NCBI GenBank assembly: GCA_963714975.1
Contig: CAVQQD010000002.1
Location: 768,001-832,000 of the forward strand
Length of the DNA: 64,000 bases
Source of the DNA: an uncultured Gammaproteobacteria bacterium
Lineage (GTDB): Bacteria; Pseudomonadota; Gammaproteobacteria; JAURND01
Reading direction: 5' to 3'
A program made the translations under genes and the position numbers. Shown here piece after piece: positions 48,743 to 58,103 of this stretch (the stretch's first letter is position 1; each line of letters starts with the position of its first letter). The notes beneath the pieces were generated by a model. The model did not search any database and was not told where the DNA came from. It saw only the letters and a list, made by a program, of their open reading frames with translations.

Positions 48743-50560
48743 TTATTGTAACGCCTTGCTAATACCATGCTCAGTTTTATCCCAATAATTTGGTTTAAAA
48801 AATAATTGGTATAAGGCCCTATAACTTGCAATCGACATAAATAGCCAGTAAATAGGGGCAGTTAGAGCATGAAAAATTAAATAATATTTTTTCCTACGTA
48901 AGGCAGCAATTAGATTCAGAAGTATCATAATAAATAGCCCACCAATGAAATTAAAGAGTGCAATTTTTAATACTATCGGCGGAAATATTTGTTCTACGTA
49001 TTCTTTGTTAAGAAAAAAATAGCTAATAAAAAATATCCATAGTAACACATTTGCTAAATTACTTACAAAAGTACCTCCTACGAATAACTGAAATCCAATA
49101 AAGCCTTTTGTGCCTATTGCTCGCCATAACTTAAATGGATTACGCATGTGGACAAGGTAGGTCTGCATATAACCTTTGATCCATCGAGAACGCTGTTTTA
49201 TCCAATTATAGAGCTTGGTATTTGCTTCTTCATAGGTGGTTGACGGCATCACTTTTTCTTTATAGCCGAGACGATTAAGACGAATACCAATATCAGCATC
49301 TTCAGATACGTTGTAAGGGTCCCAAGCACGGATTTTTTTTAAACATTCAGTTTTAAAATGGTTGCTAGTACCCCCTAGAGGAATGGGCGCCCCAACATAT
49401 TCTAAAGCTGGAAGCATATAATCAAACCAATAAGAGTACTCGAGAGTGAACATTTTAGTTAACCAATTATCATTTGAATTGTAAAAATTTAAGCAGCATT
49501 GCACGCAGGCTAATTTTTGTTCATTCTCTCCATGGAATACGGCAAGAGCTTTTTTTAATTGCAAAGGATCTGGCTTATCTTCCGCGTCATAAATTGTCAG
49601 ATATTCGCCGCGTGCAAATTTTAAACCATAATTACAGGCCTTTGCTTTAGTCCGTGGAAGTTTATTTGGTATGTAAATGAATTCATAACATCCTGAAATG
49701 TGGAGATTTTTTAATATCTCAATTGTCTCAGTATCGTCGGACTCTAAAAGTATTTTAATATCAAGTTTGTGTTTTGGATAATCTAAATTGTTTAAATTAT
49801 TAATTAAAGCTTTTAAAATTACTTCTTTTTCTTGGTAAAGGGGGATTAAAACAGTATAAATGGGGAGGTTTTTAAGGTTAGCTTCTACTTGAGTAATGTC
49901 GATTTTGCGTGACAAAAACATCCCAATTAATGTTAACAAAAATTTGTAGATTAAAATACCAAACAAAATGAACGACAGAACTAGGTTGAATACGAGTAAA
50001 GTTCGCAGTGGATTAATACTCAAACAACTTACCAGGAAAATAAAAAAAATTGCTAGAAAAATTTTATGCCAGGTGCAAAAGGTTTTTTTGGCACTAAGAG
50101 ATTGATTACTTGTGTTTAATTCTGATATGGATTCCTCGATATAAGTTTCATCAAATACTTTTTGTAATGTCCATAAGATGTCAAATTTAGACGTGCATAC
50201 AATTTCTGCATTTCCACCCCATTCGGCATGAATAAGCTCAAAAGTTTCATCGCTAGGATTGGCTGTGGCAACTACTATTTGATGACCAGTTTGCTTAATA
50301 GGCAATACTAATTGAGAAAAATACATATTCCGTTGCTTAGACAATAGCAAATTTTGATCAATCTCAGTGTGGATTAGGTCAACAAATTTTAGTTGAAAGT
50401 GAGAGGCGATCGCTTGGTAATAGTCTAATGATCGCAGATTTTTTATTGAAAATAAAATATCTCCTAATTTTCCTCCAATTTTTTTTTGCGTTTCCAAGGC
50501 CAATTCAATTTCATCATTGCTTGCGAGTCCCTTTTTTACAAATATCTCACCAAGTTTCAT
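48743..50560 (-). CDS. GT2 processive glycosyltransferase with an N-terminal MshEN-type domain (NfrB-like architecture)
   Basis: KLGEIFVKKG......ALETQ..KLGDIL; TKAKACNYG, YDAED, SEDAD, QRSRW; TM helices. Confidence 0.85.
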   Translation of the reverse strand: MKLGEIFVKKGLASNDEIELALETQKKIGGKLGDILFSIKNLRSLDYYQAIASHFQLKFVDLIHTEIDQNLLLSKQRNMYFSQLVLPIKQTGHQIVVATANPSDETFELIHAEWGGNAEIVCTSKFDILWTLQKVFDETYIEESISELNTSNQSLSAKKTFCTWHKIFLAIFFIFLVSCLSINPLRTLLVFNLVLSFILFGILIYKFLLTLIGMFLSRKIDITQVEANLKNLPIYTVLIPLYQEKEVILKALINNLNNLDYPKHKLDIKILLESDDTETIEILKNLHISGCYEFIYIPNKLPRTKAKACNYGLKFARGEYLTIYDAEDKPDPLQLKKALAVFHGENEQKLACVQCCLNFYNSNDNWLTKMFTLEYSYWFDYMLPALEYVGAPIPLGGTSNHFKTECLKKIRAWDPYNVSEDADIGIRLNRLGYKEKVMPSTTYEEANTKLYNWIKQRSRWIKGYMQTYLVHMRNPFKLWRAIGTKGFIGFQLFVGGTFVSNLANVLLWIFFISYFFLNKEYVEQIFPPIVLKIALFNFIGGLFIMILLNLIAALRRKKYYLIFHALTAPIYWLFMSIASYRALYQLFFKPNYWDKTEHGISKALQ

Positions 50561-50569
50561 TACATTCTC

Positions 50570-51364
50570 CTAAAAAGTGAACCAGGCAGCTAAAAATGGT
50601 GCAGTTCCTACTCCTAAATTTCTAGCATAGATATCTTGTGAGATACCTGCTTGCAGGGCAAAAGGTTTTTTTACCCAATAGACTAAGCTCGGAACAAGTG
50701 TAAATTGATCGTAATTTGTGCCTTTTGGCTGGGTTGGATTAACTAGGCTTAAAGTATTATAACTTTGTAGAAATACCCAAAGCTTTTGATCAAACAGCTT
50801 TATTCCAGCTTCCAAGTTGATTTGTGCTTGATCGCCTGCGCCATAGCGTTGAATGATGCCATTCGAGGTATCGAAAAACCAATAGACGGATGATTTTTTT
50901 CCAAAACTTCCTCCAGTCCCGTACAGAATAGCCTCTCCGGTATTCACGTGAGTGTTTTGTGGTGGAATATTTGCTGAAGCAGCCTTGCCAAAGAAATCGG
51001 CAAATGTTTGTGCGGAGATCACGCTATTTTTGCCACGCCAAATTTGATAGCGTGCCAGTATTTCATTGTCATTGGATCCTGTGATACCCGGAGGAGTTGC
51101 TGGATGGGTAGAGATGCCGGAGAAATAGGCGCCCAGAGTTAAATTAGTATTTACGCCAAATTCAAAATATTGGTCTACTTCATACTTGGCAAAACGCGGA
51201 GCACTGGTTAGCGTGCCATTACTAGTGCGAAAATGGGTGCTGACATAATGTTTAATAACGGAAATACTCAAACCCTGGCCAGGATCTTGAACCCAAGCAC
51301 CTGCAGATGCATCTTGCATAAAAAAAAATAGCAGTAATATAAATGCTAAAATTTTACTAAACAT
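50570..51364 (-). CDS. Outer membrane beta-barrel protein linked to the GT2
   Basis: Signal peptide ASA-GAW; alternating aromatic strands; C-terminal AWFTF. Confidence 0.7.
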   Translation of the reverse strand: MFSKILAFILLLFFFMQDASAGAWVQDPGQGLSISVIKHYVSTHFRTSNGTLTSAPRFAKYEVDQYFEFGVNTNLTLGAYFSGISTHPATPPGITGSNDNEILARYQIWRGKNSVISAQTFADFFGKAASANIPPQNTHVNTGEAILYGTGGSFGKKSSVYWFFDTSNGIIQRYGAGDQAQINLEAGIKLFDQKLWVFLQSYNTLSLVNPTQPKGTNYDQFTLVPSLVYWVKKPFALQAGISQDIYARNLGVGTAPFLAAWFTF

Positions 51365-51477
51365 TGTTGATGCTTATCCATTTTTGACAATGCATTTGCA
51401 TTTTTCATAAAATACCTGCATTGGGTGTTTCCCTAGCTGGGTATTATAGTCTAATTCACAATGAGGCAGAAGTTTAT

Positions 51478-53016
51478 TTACAACCTTTCTGTGATTTTGC
51501 GTTCATTAATCCAATCGTTGATAGTAATTAGCAAATTTTGCTTCTTTTCTATGGCATATTCTTGGGGTAAACAAGTACTGCATTGTCCACAACTTTTGGG
51601 GTTGTTATCGCCTAATGTTTGACACAAAATAACCATTAAACAATTTCGTGATTGTTCGGCATATTGTTGCATTAATGCTAATTCAAAATGTCGTATTTGT
51701 AATTGGAGCCCATAACGATGTAAGCTAGGCTGATTTTGTTTTCCGGTCAAGTGGTATATTTGCCTTCCATGGTGACTTGCTTTTCGTATGTATTCTTGCT
51801 CGATTAATTCTGTCACTACTACGGTTAAACGTGTTGCTTGAAGTCCGGTGATCTCTTTTAAGTTGGTAATGTTGAGAGGTGTTTTAGAGTTTTCTAGAAC
51901 ATTTAAGACCAATTTAAAGTCCTCCATCTGTGGTCGTGAAGCATCAATAAAATATTTTTGTATCTTGCAATCTTGAGCATCGTAAAGGAGAATCCCATTC
52001 GCCGAATTTCCATCTCTGCCGCATCGTCCTACTTCCTGATAATAAGCAGTAATTGATCCTGGGAAATCGAAATGAATAATAAAGCGTAAATTTGCTTTGT
52101 CTATTCCCATGCCTAAGGCATTTGTTGCAGCAACCACTTTATAATGGTCGAGGATAAAATTGTCCTGAATTTGTTGCTTTTTCTGCAAACCAATACCTGA
52201 ATGATATGCAATAGTATTTATGCCTTTGGAAAATAAATAATCGGCAACTAGCTCGGTATTTTCTCGGGTAGCACAATAAATTATGCCTGATCCTTTTAGT
52301 TTTGGTAATAAACTTTGTAAGGTTAATAGCTTCATGGCAGTGCCGGTTAGTGGAATAACAGATAGATGAATATTGGGACGATTCATAGCTTCGCGATGTA
52401 CTTCGATACATTTGTCGTCTATGCTTAGTTGCTGGATAATATCGGATTCTGTTTTTTGATTGGCTGTTGCTGTGAGCCCCAAGATTTTAATATTGGAGTC
52501 TTTTTTTGCCAAGGCGCGTGCTAATTGGGTGATTTGTCGATAGCTAGGACGAAAATCGTGTCCCCAAGTAGAAATGCAATGAGCCTCGTCAACCACTAAT
52601 AAACTAATGGGTAAGCTAAGTAAAAATTCGAAACGATCTATGTGTTCCAATTGCTCTGGAGAGATAAATAGGATGCGTACTTTCCCTGTTTGTACTGCTT
52701 GTCGTGCTGCCATATTTTCAGCATAACTTTGATCGCTATTAATGCTAATTGCAGATATATCGAAACGATTTTTTAACTGCATGATTTGATCTCTCATTAG
52801 AGCCAGCAAGGGTGATATCACTAAAGTAATACCGCTAAGCATTGTAGTAGGTAGTTGATATAGTAGTGATTTACCGTGACCCGTAGGTTGAATGCAAAGC
52901 AGCCGACCATGGACCATTAGGCTAATTAGTGCGTTCAGTTGTCCAGGACGAAATTGATTAAAGTGAAAATTATCTTGTAAAGCTTGAAGAAGAGCATTTC
53001 GAATTTCATTTTGCAT
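51478..53016 (-). CDS. RecQ-family helicase (short form)
   Basis: FRPGQ, PTGHGKS, DEAHCISTWGHDFRP, QEVGRCGRDG, C-terminal Zn cysteines. Confidence 0.88.
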   Translation of the reverse strand: MQNEIRNALLQALQDNFHFNQFRPGQLNALISLMVHGRLLCIQPTGHGKSLLYQLPTTMLSGITLVISPLLALMRDQIMQLKNRFDISAISINSDQSYAENMAARQAVQTGKVRILFISPEQLEHIDRFEFLLSLPISLLVVDEAHCISTWGHDFRPSYRQITQLARALAKKDSNIKILGLTATANQKTESDIIQQLSIDDKCIEVHREAMNRPNIHLSVIPLTGTAMKLLTLQSLLPKLKGSGIIYCATRENTELVADYLFSKGINTIAYHSGIGLQKKQQIQDNFILDHYKVVAATNALGMGIDKANLRFIIHFDFPGSITAYYQEVGRCGRDGNSANGILLYDAQDCKIQKYFIDASRPQMEDFKLVLNVLENSKTPLNITNLKEITGLQATRLTVVVTELIEQEYIRKASHHGRQIYHLTGKQNQPSLHRYGLQLQIRHFELALMQQYAEQSRNCLMVILCQTLGDNNPKSCGQCSTCLPQEYAIEKKQNLLITINDWINERKITERL

Positions 53017-53115
53017 TATTATAGTCCATCGAAAAATAAAAATAATCAGTCTTCAGCGGTTCCCGCTGAACCGCCCAGATCTTACCTCAAGGCCCTGGAA
53101 AACAAAACCTGGTAT

Positions 53116-53144
53116 TTGACATATATATGATTCTCTGATAGACT
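53116..53144 (+). promoter_or_regulatory. Sigma70-like promoter of the small-protein cluster
   Basis: TTGACA-N17-TAGACT. Confidence 0.6.
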
Positions 53145-53232
53145 TCCGCAAGTATTTTTAGTTACTGCAGGTGTCCAGGATGGATCCCTGAGTAGTTGGT
53201 TATAAAATGCTCAACATTTAGGGAGAAATGGT

Positions 53233-53406
53233 ATGAGCCAAGAAAAATCGTTTGAAGTTCAAACTAATCAAGCATTTCCAAAGATATCAGATCAAATTGC
53301 TGATTATCATTCTACCGAAATTTCCTCAATTAAAAAAACGCGGAAATATCGTTCAAAACAGCGCCATATTTTACCCATCATCGATAAGCCATCTGGCGGT
53401 TCCTAG
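53233..53406 (+). CDS. 57-aa small protein (not in the ORF track)
   Basis: SD GGAG upstream; MSQEKSFEVQ...KKTRKYRSKQRH...GGS*; first ORF after the promoter. Confidence 0.45.
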   Translation: MSQEKSFEVQTNQAFPKISDQIADYHSTEISSIKKTRKYRSKQRHILPIIDKPSGGS

Positions 53407-53479
53407 AGGTTTAATTTGTAAATTTTTGCGCTTATTTTTATAGTTTCACGATTGTTTTTCGTAATTTGGAGATAAATGA

Positions 53480-53695
53480 ATGAATAAGGAGATTAATAAG
53501 AGTTATCTCAATACCTTAGGAAAGTATGAAAACCTTTACTGGGAAAGTGTTTTAGAAGATGACTTAGATGATATAATTGAACCGTATGAGGAAATCGAAC
53601 GCCACCTACGGGAGCAATATGGTTATGACAAGGAACATGCTAGGAAGGAGCTATATTCTTCTCAGCAGAACGATGGGTGGGACGATGATTATTAA
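53480..53695 (+). CDS. CsbD-like small acidic protein
   Basis: SD GGAG; W...L.DDL...I...LREQYGYDKEHA resembles CsbD/YjbJ. Confidence 0.55.
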   Translation: MNKEINKSYLNTLGKYENLYWESVLEDDLDDIIEPYEEIERHLREQYGYDKEHARKELYSSQQNDGWDDDY

Positions 53696-53715
53696 TTTTT
53701 AAGGGAGGAATTTAT

Positions 53716-53958
53716 ATGACATCAATTGAATTAGATAGAGAAGTCGAAGCTAATAATCCAGATGCGAAATTTTATGATAAAAGTGAGAGTACTTTTGAAG
53801 AATTGAAAGAAATGTTAGAAGGAGCTGGCTATCAAGTGAAAAAAAAGACGGCTGCAACTAAGCAAGCAATCGAAAATTATAGTAAAACTCATCCATGGGA
53901 AGCAATTGTGATTTCAGCATTAGCAGGAGCAACACTTTCATTATTATTAAGAAAATAG
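53716..53958 (+). CDS. ElaB/YqjD (DUF883) family protein
   Basis: Y.K.HPW.AI.I.A..G..L..LLRK tail anchor. Confidence 0.8.
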   Translation: MTSIELDREVEANNPDAKFYDKSESTFEELKEMLEGAGYQVKKKTAATKQAIENYSKTHPWEAIVISALAGATLSLLLRK

Positions 53959-53962
53959 CTAT

Positions 53963-54334
53963 ATGGATGAAAAAGAGATTAAAAACAGCTTACTACGTAA
54001 TTTTTTCAATATATTTCGAGGGTGCTCAGGGATCTATACGGAAATACTTGAGCTAATGAAGCTTGAATTGCAGTTGGCAAAGTTAAGTATTCTGTTTTTA
54101 TTGATTGTATCTTTGGCAATTTTTGTATTGTTGGGAATTTTTTGGTTTTTCTTGATGGCTTTGTTGACTGTATTTTTTTATTCAATTTCTGGTAATTGGT
54201 TCCTAGCATTAACTATTATTTTATTATTAAATCTTGTATTGATTGTTGCTTTAATAATTATTGCGATTAAGTTAGTTGGCAACCTTAAATTCTCTGCTAC
54301 ACGTCGCCAGTTATTATCACATAAGAAGGTTTAA
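53963..54334 (+). CDS. YqjE-like membrane protein
   Basis: LELMKLELQLA, two TM helices, FSATRRQL; follows the elaB-like gene. Confidence 0.75.
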   Translation: MDEKEIKNSLLRNFFNIFRGCSGIYTEILELMKLELQLAKLSILFLLIVSLAIFVLLGIFWFFLMALLTVFFYSISGNWFLALTIILLLNLVLIVALIIIAIKLVGNLKFSATRRQLLSHKKV

Positions 54335-54340
54335 AGTTCT

Positions 54341-54655
54341 ATGTTAATGATTAAACGTAAAATTAGTTTGCTTGAGTCTAAAATTGTTGCAAAAAAAATA
54401 TTGCTTGCTAATGATTTTTCTCAAACAAAAAAAATCCTTAGTTCCCCTAAATATATTGTAGGTTCGATACTGGGAGGATTGACTTTAGGCTTTATTTTAT
54501 TTGCCGTGAAAATAAAAAAAACCGGAAAAAATACCAAAAAAACCCCAAAAAATGTTAATCCTGGAGCTCTCCCAGACCTGCGTTATAAATTTGTTTTTTT
54601 ACTTTTAACTTTTTTAATTAGCATTATGCGTGTGATTCACTCGAGGGAGGGATAA
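54341..54655 (+). CDS. Small basic membrane protein (YqjK-like position)
   Basis: Third gene of a yqjD-yqjE-yqjK-like triad. Confidence 0.5.
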   Translation: MLMIKRKISLLESKIVAKKILLANDFSQTKKILSSPKYIVGSILGGLTLGFILFAVKIKKTGKNTKKTPKNVNPGALPDLRYKFVFLLLTFLISIMRVIHSREG

Positions 54656-54774
54656 TTTCTTACATTTCAAATGGTGTGGTTATTACATTTTAATTTTATT
54701 AAATGGTATTTGATTATTAAGTAAGTTAAATAACTTTGTTACACTTTATTGATTGTCAAATGGAGAACATAAAG

Positions 54775-55032
54775 ATGCCAAGTCAAGACATTAATCAAGC
54801 CTCAGAGGCGTTAAAATCTCATCTTAATGGGGGGCGAGAAAGATTATCTAAAGCTATTAGCGATGCATTAGGTGACACTATGGAAATGTTAGAAAAACAA
54901 GGTCATCAGATGAAAAAGCAAAGCTTGCATGCGCGTGATTCAGTAGATAAGTATGTAAAATTAAATCCTTTTAAATCATTGAGTATGGCATTAGTCGCTG
55001 GTGCTATTGTGGCACTAATTTTACGACGATAA
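54775..55032 (+). CDS. ElaB/YqjD (DUF883) family protein
   Basis: VDKYVKLNPFKSLSMALVAGAIVALILRR. Confidence 0.8.
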   Translation: MPSQDINQASEALKSHLNGGRERLSKAISDALGDTMEMLEKQGHQMKKQSLHARDSVDKYVKLNPFKSLSMALVAGAIVALILRR

Positions 55033-55148
55033 TCCGTTGGTATAGGTACAAGTAGCAGGATCGAATGATTACATTTATTTTACCTTTCTAGTCTTTAATT
55101 TGTTAATAAGATATTTGTTAAATTTTTTTAACCAAAGGAGAAAGCATC

Positions 55149-55313
55149 ATGACAAACAATTGGCAATCAAATAACCAACGTCAAGGTTCTGACAAAAATC
55201 AACAGCAACAATCTAAAGGAAGAGACCGTGATTCTAAGCAAAAGCAATGGAGTGACGATCCAAGTCGACAACAACACGAATCAGAACGAAGCGAGGGGGA
55301 AAGAAACAAATAA
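55149..55313 (+). CDS. 54-aa hydrophilin-like protein (not in the ORF track)
   Basis: Strong SD AAAGGAG; MTNNWQSNNQRQGSDKNQQQQSKGRDRDSKQKQWSDDPSRQQHESERSEGERNK. Confidence 0.65.
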   Translation: MTNNWQSNNQRQGSDKNQQQQSKGRDRDSKQKQWSDDPSRQQHESERSEGERNK

Positions 55314-55325
55314 GCACATTTAAGT

Positions 55326-55368
55326 AAAAATAGCACGAAGAATATTATCGCTTCTTTGTGCTATTTTT
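55326..55368 (+). terminator. Intrinsic terminator-like hairpin
   Basis: AAAAATAGCAC...GTGCTATTTTT. Confidence 0.6.
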
Positions 55369-55385
55369 ATTAGGAGATCATCTCA

Positions 55386-55604
55386 ATGGATGAACAAAAA
55401 TTAAATGCACAAAAATTAGCTGGGACAGCAGAAAATGTTGTTCAAGAAATTATCGATGTTATGGAAGAAAAAGGGTACCAAGTAAGAAAAGACCCTAATA
55501 AGATTCGTATGGCTGTAAAAACCTATGTAAAAAATAATCCTTTTAAAACTATTGGATTTTCGGCATTAATTGGGATAGTTATTGGTTTTTTATGGCGTCT
55601 TTAA
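55386..55604 (+). CDS. ElaB/YqjD (DUF883) family protein
   Basis: YVKNNPFKTIGFSALIGIVIGFLWRL. Confidence 0.8.
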   Translation: MDEQKLNAQKLAGTAENVVQEIIDVMEEKGYQVRKDPNKIRMAVKTYVKNNPFKTIGFSALIGIVIGFLWRL

Positions 55605-55610
55605 TCTTGA

Positions 55611-56213
55611 TTAAAACCAGTGGTGAGTAAATGCATAGCTTGCCGCCAAACCAGCTATGAATCCACATACATGCCCCTCCCAAGAGGTTCTTTCCTCGCT
55701 GGGAAATAAACTCAAGGCGATGCCACTAAAATAGTATAGACAGAGCAGTGCTAATAATATTGAGATGATGGAATGTTGTTGGTAAGCATTGCTAAGCAAA
55801 AATCCCCAATATCCCACAATCAGAGCGCTTGAGCCTATGTGAAGGGCAGGGCGACCAACTAGCCAAGTTAATATTCCACTTAAAATTATAATAAAAAGCG
55901 AGACCAGCAGAAAAACAATCTTGCCATTTACTAAGACTAGGGCGCCTAAAACAAAAAAAGGTAGGGCATTAAAAAAGAAGTGTTGGAAATTTCCATGTAA
56001 TAGGGGGGTTGTAAAAATCCCAATTAGACCATATATTTTTCTTGGGTATATTCCTAAGATGTTTAATCGATAGCCTAAAAGGCAATTGGCTATTTGTACA
56101 CCAAAGCCTATTATTACTAGCAAGGATAGAAAACGCCAGTTGGCTTGTACGCTACTAATGATTGTCCGCAGTGCTTCTGTTAGGCTCTCAAGCATATAGG
56201 ATAAGTGACCCAT
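55611..56213 (-). CDS. Rhomboid-family intramembrane protease
   Basis: LLHGNFQHFFFN, HIGSSA, SWEGHVCG. Confidence 0.85.
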   Translation of the reverse strand: MGHLSYMLESLTEALRTIISSVQANWRFLSLLVIIGFGVQIANCLLGYRLNILGIYPRKIYGLIGIFTTPLLHGNFQHFFFNALPFFVLGALVLVNGKIVFLLVSLFIIILSGILTWLVGRPALHIGSSALIVGYWGFLLSNAYQQHSIISILLALLCLYYFSGIALSLFPSEERTSWEGHVCGFIAGLAASYAFTHHWF

Positions 56214-56319
56214 TAATTACTGGCAATAAACTAGAAAAAAGTCTAAAATGCTAGTATACGTTAGGATGCTACTATGACCCAAGGGGTTTTTTGGGGAACC
56301 TTAAACTAAACTTAAGAAA

Positions 56320-57891
56320 GTGCTCATGTTATCAAAATCTGATCGTGTTTATATTGAAAAAAATCAACGCTTGTCTAATTCTTGCCTATGGGATTTCCAA
56401 CGGGAATATTTCCACCGAGAGGGCGTAAAAGCCTGGGTAAAAGATGTTCCTTTTTATGTGACTAGTAATCCCTTTTTGGCGAATACTTATGCTCATATGG
56501 CCGTTCGATTAGCTCAAGATTGGGTTCGAAAATATCCTTCTGCTAAAGATCATCCTTTTTATATTATTGAATTGGGTACAGGGTCAGGAAGACTGAGTTA
56601 CTATATCCTAAAAAAAATCAAACAATTGCAACAACAACTGCAAATTGAAGATATTTCTATTCGATACATCATGACTGATTTTACGGAAAACAATATGCGA
56701 TTTTGGGATACCCATCCTGCCTTACGCCCTTTCGTTGCAGAAAACCGGTTGGACTTTGCCTTATTTAATATGGAAAGCGATACGAGTCTAAATTTAATAA
56801 AGTCTGGCATCACTTTATCTCCAGGGGGCGTAGTTAATCCAATCATAGCTTATGCTAACTATGTGTTTGATACGGTATCCCAAGACACTTTTGTAGTGGA
56901 AAATGGGGAGATATATGAATCCTTAGTGACTTCATTTACAGACTCTGAAAATATGCAGGATGGAAAAGTAATCAATATGGAAAAGATCCATGTTGAATAT
57001 GCTAAAGCCCCTGCCGCTGAAAAATTTTATGAGGATGATACGATTAATGCTGTGGTCAACAGCTACAAAGACAAGTTAAAGGATAGCCACTTTCTTTTGC
57101 CTATAGCTGGCATCAAAGCCATTTCTAATTTAAGAAAATTAAGTAATGACAAGCTTTTCCTTGTATCTACTGATAAAGGCAGCACTTACCTTGAAGAGTT
57201 GGAAAATTTAGATCAGCCCGATATCGTGTTTCATGGCAGTTTTTCCGTGATGGTTAATTTTCATGCTTTAGCGACTTACATTGAGCAAGCAGGAGGAACC
57301 GCCATTATTCAATCGTTACGTTCAGACATTAAAACGGTAGCTTTCTGTACGGGCTTCCAGATCAGTGATCTACCTGATTTTGCTACTGCTATAAGTGAAA
57401 ACATAGAACGATTAAGTCCCGCTGATTACTTTATTTTACACCGTAACATCAGTGAAAACTTTCAGCATGCCAAAATAAACACTTTAGTTTCTCATTTAGC
57501 TTTTAGCGATTGGGATCCTCATATTTATGAAAAATTAAGCCGACAAATCAACGAGCAAATTACTCATGCTGACCGAGTAACTACTGAGTATCTGGTTAAT
57601 CATATTCCAAATTTATCTAGTAATTTTTATTTTATGCCCCGTACTTACGATGTTAATTTTGACTTGGGTGTCTTATTGCATACCTTACATCGTTATAAAG
57701 AAGCTGCTGTGTATTATAAAAAGTCAGAACAGCATTTTGGGGAGCGCTTTAATTTGTTATATAACATGGCTATTTGTATCTATCATAGTGGGGATACTGA
57801 AGCTGCCTTAGCCACATTTAACCGGGCACTCTATCTTAATCCCGATTCTGCCGAAGCGAAATCCTGGGTAGAATTCTTAAGTAAAGAATAA
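56320..57891 (+). CDS. MidA/NDUFAF7-like SAM methyltransferase fold plus C-terminal TPR
   Basis: IIELGTGSGR, YIMTDF, ANYVFDT; TPR helices at the C-terminus; ATG 56326 is an alternative start. Confidence 0.7.
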   Translation: MLMLSKSDRVYIEKNQRLSNSCLWDFQREYFHREGVKAWVKDVPFYVTSNPFLANTYAHMAVRLAQDWVRKYPSAKDHPFYIIELGTGSGRLSYYILKKIKQLQQQLQIEDISIRYIMTDFTENNMRFWDTHPALRPFVAENRLDFALFNMESDTSLNLIKSGITLSPGGVVNPIIAYANYVFDTVSQDTFVVENGEIYESLVTSFTDSENMQDGKVINMEKIHVEYAKAPAAEKFYEDDTINAVVNSYKDKLKDSHFLLPIAGIKAISNLRKLSNDKLFLVSTDKGSTYLEELENLDQPDIVFHGSFSVMVNFHALATYIEQAGGTAIIQSLRSDIKTVAFCTGFQISDLPDFATAISENIERLSPADYFILHRNISENFQHAKINTLVSHLAFSDWDPHIYEKLSRQINEQITHADRVTTEYLVNHIPNLSSNFYFMPRTYDVNFDLGVLLHTLHRYKEAAVYYKKSEQHFGERFNLLYNMAICIYHSGDTEAALATFNRALYLNPDSAEAKSWVEFLSKE

Positions 57892-57902
57892 CTGCCCTAG
57901 CG

Positions 57903-58035
57903 TGTCCTCCCTGCAGCTAGTGCGTCTTCCCTGCAGGACGCAGGGATCCAGTCACCAGGATGTGAAAGTTTCGCTTCCTGCGCCGTGGATCCCGGCATCC
58001 ATGCCGCGGGATGACGAGCTTGAGCGGGGATGACG
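57903..58035. repeat. Family-2 MITE-like element (nested)
   Basis: CCCTGCAGGACGCAGGGATCCAGTC...GGATCCCGGCATCCATGCCGCGGGATGACG; homolog of 42628-42719. Confidence 0.8.
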
Positions 58036-58103
58036 AAATACGGTATTGATCTTAAGTTTTTTTAAGCGAATAGTTTTCCTTTTTATTGAAAGGAAAACTC
58101 GCT

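Noticed and set aside
56300-56316. PmrA-like box CTTAA-ACTAAA-CTTAAG
   Set aside because: Good repeat spacing, but it abuts the start codon and lacks a -10 at the 10-nt spacing seen at the other three sites.
58051-58066. PmrA-like box upstream of comEC
   Set aside because: Half-site spacing is one base short and no matching -10 follows.
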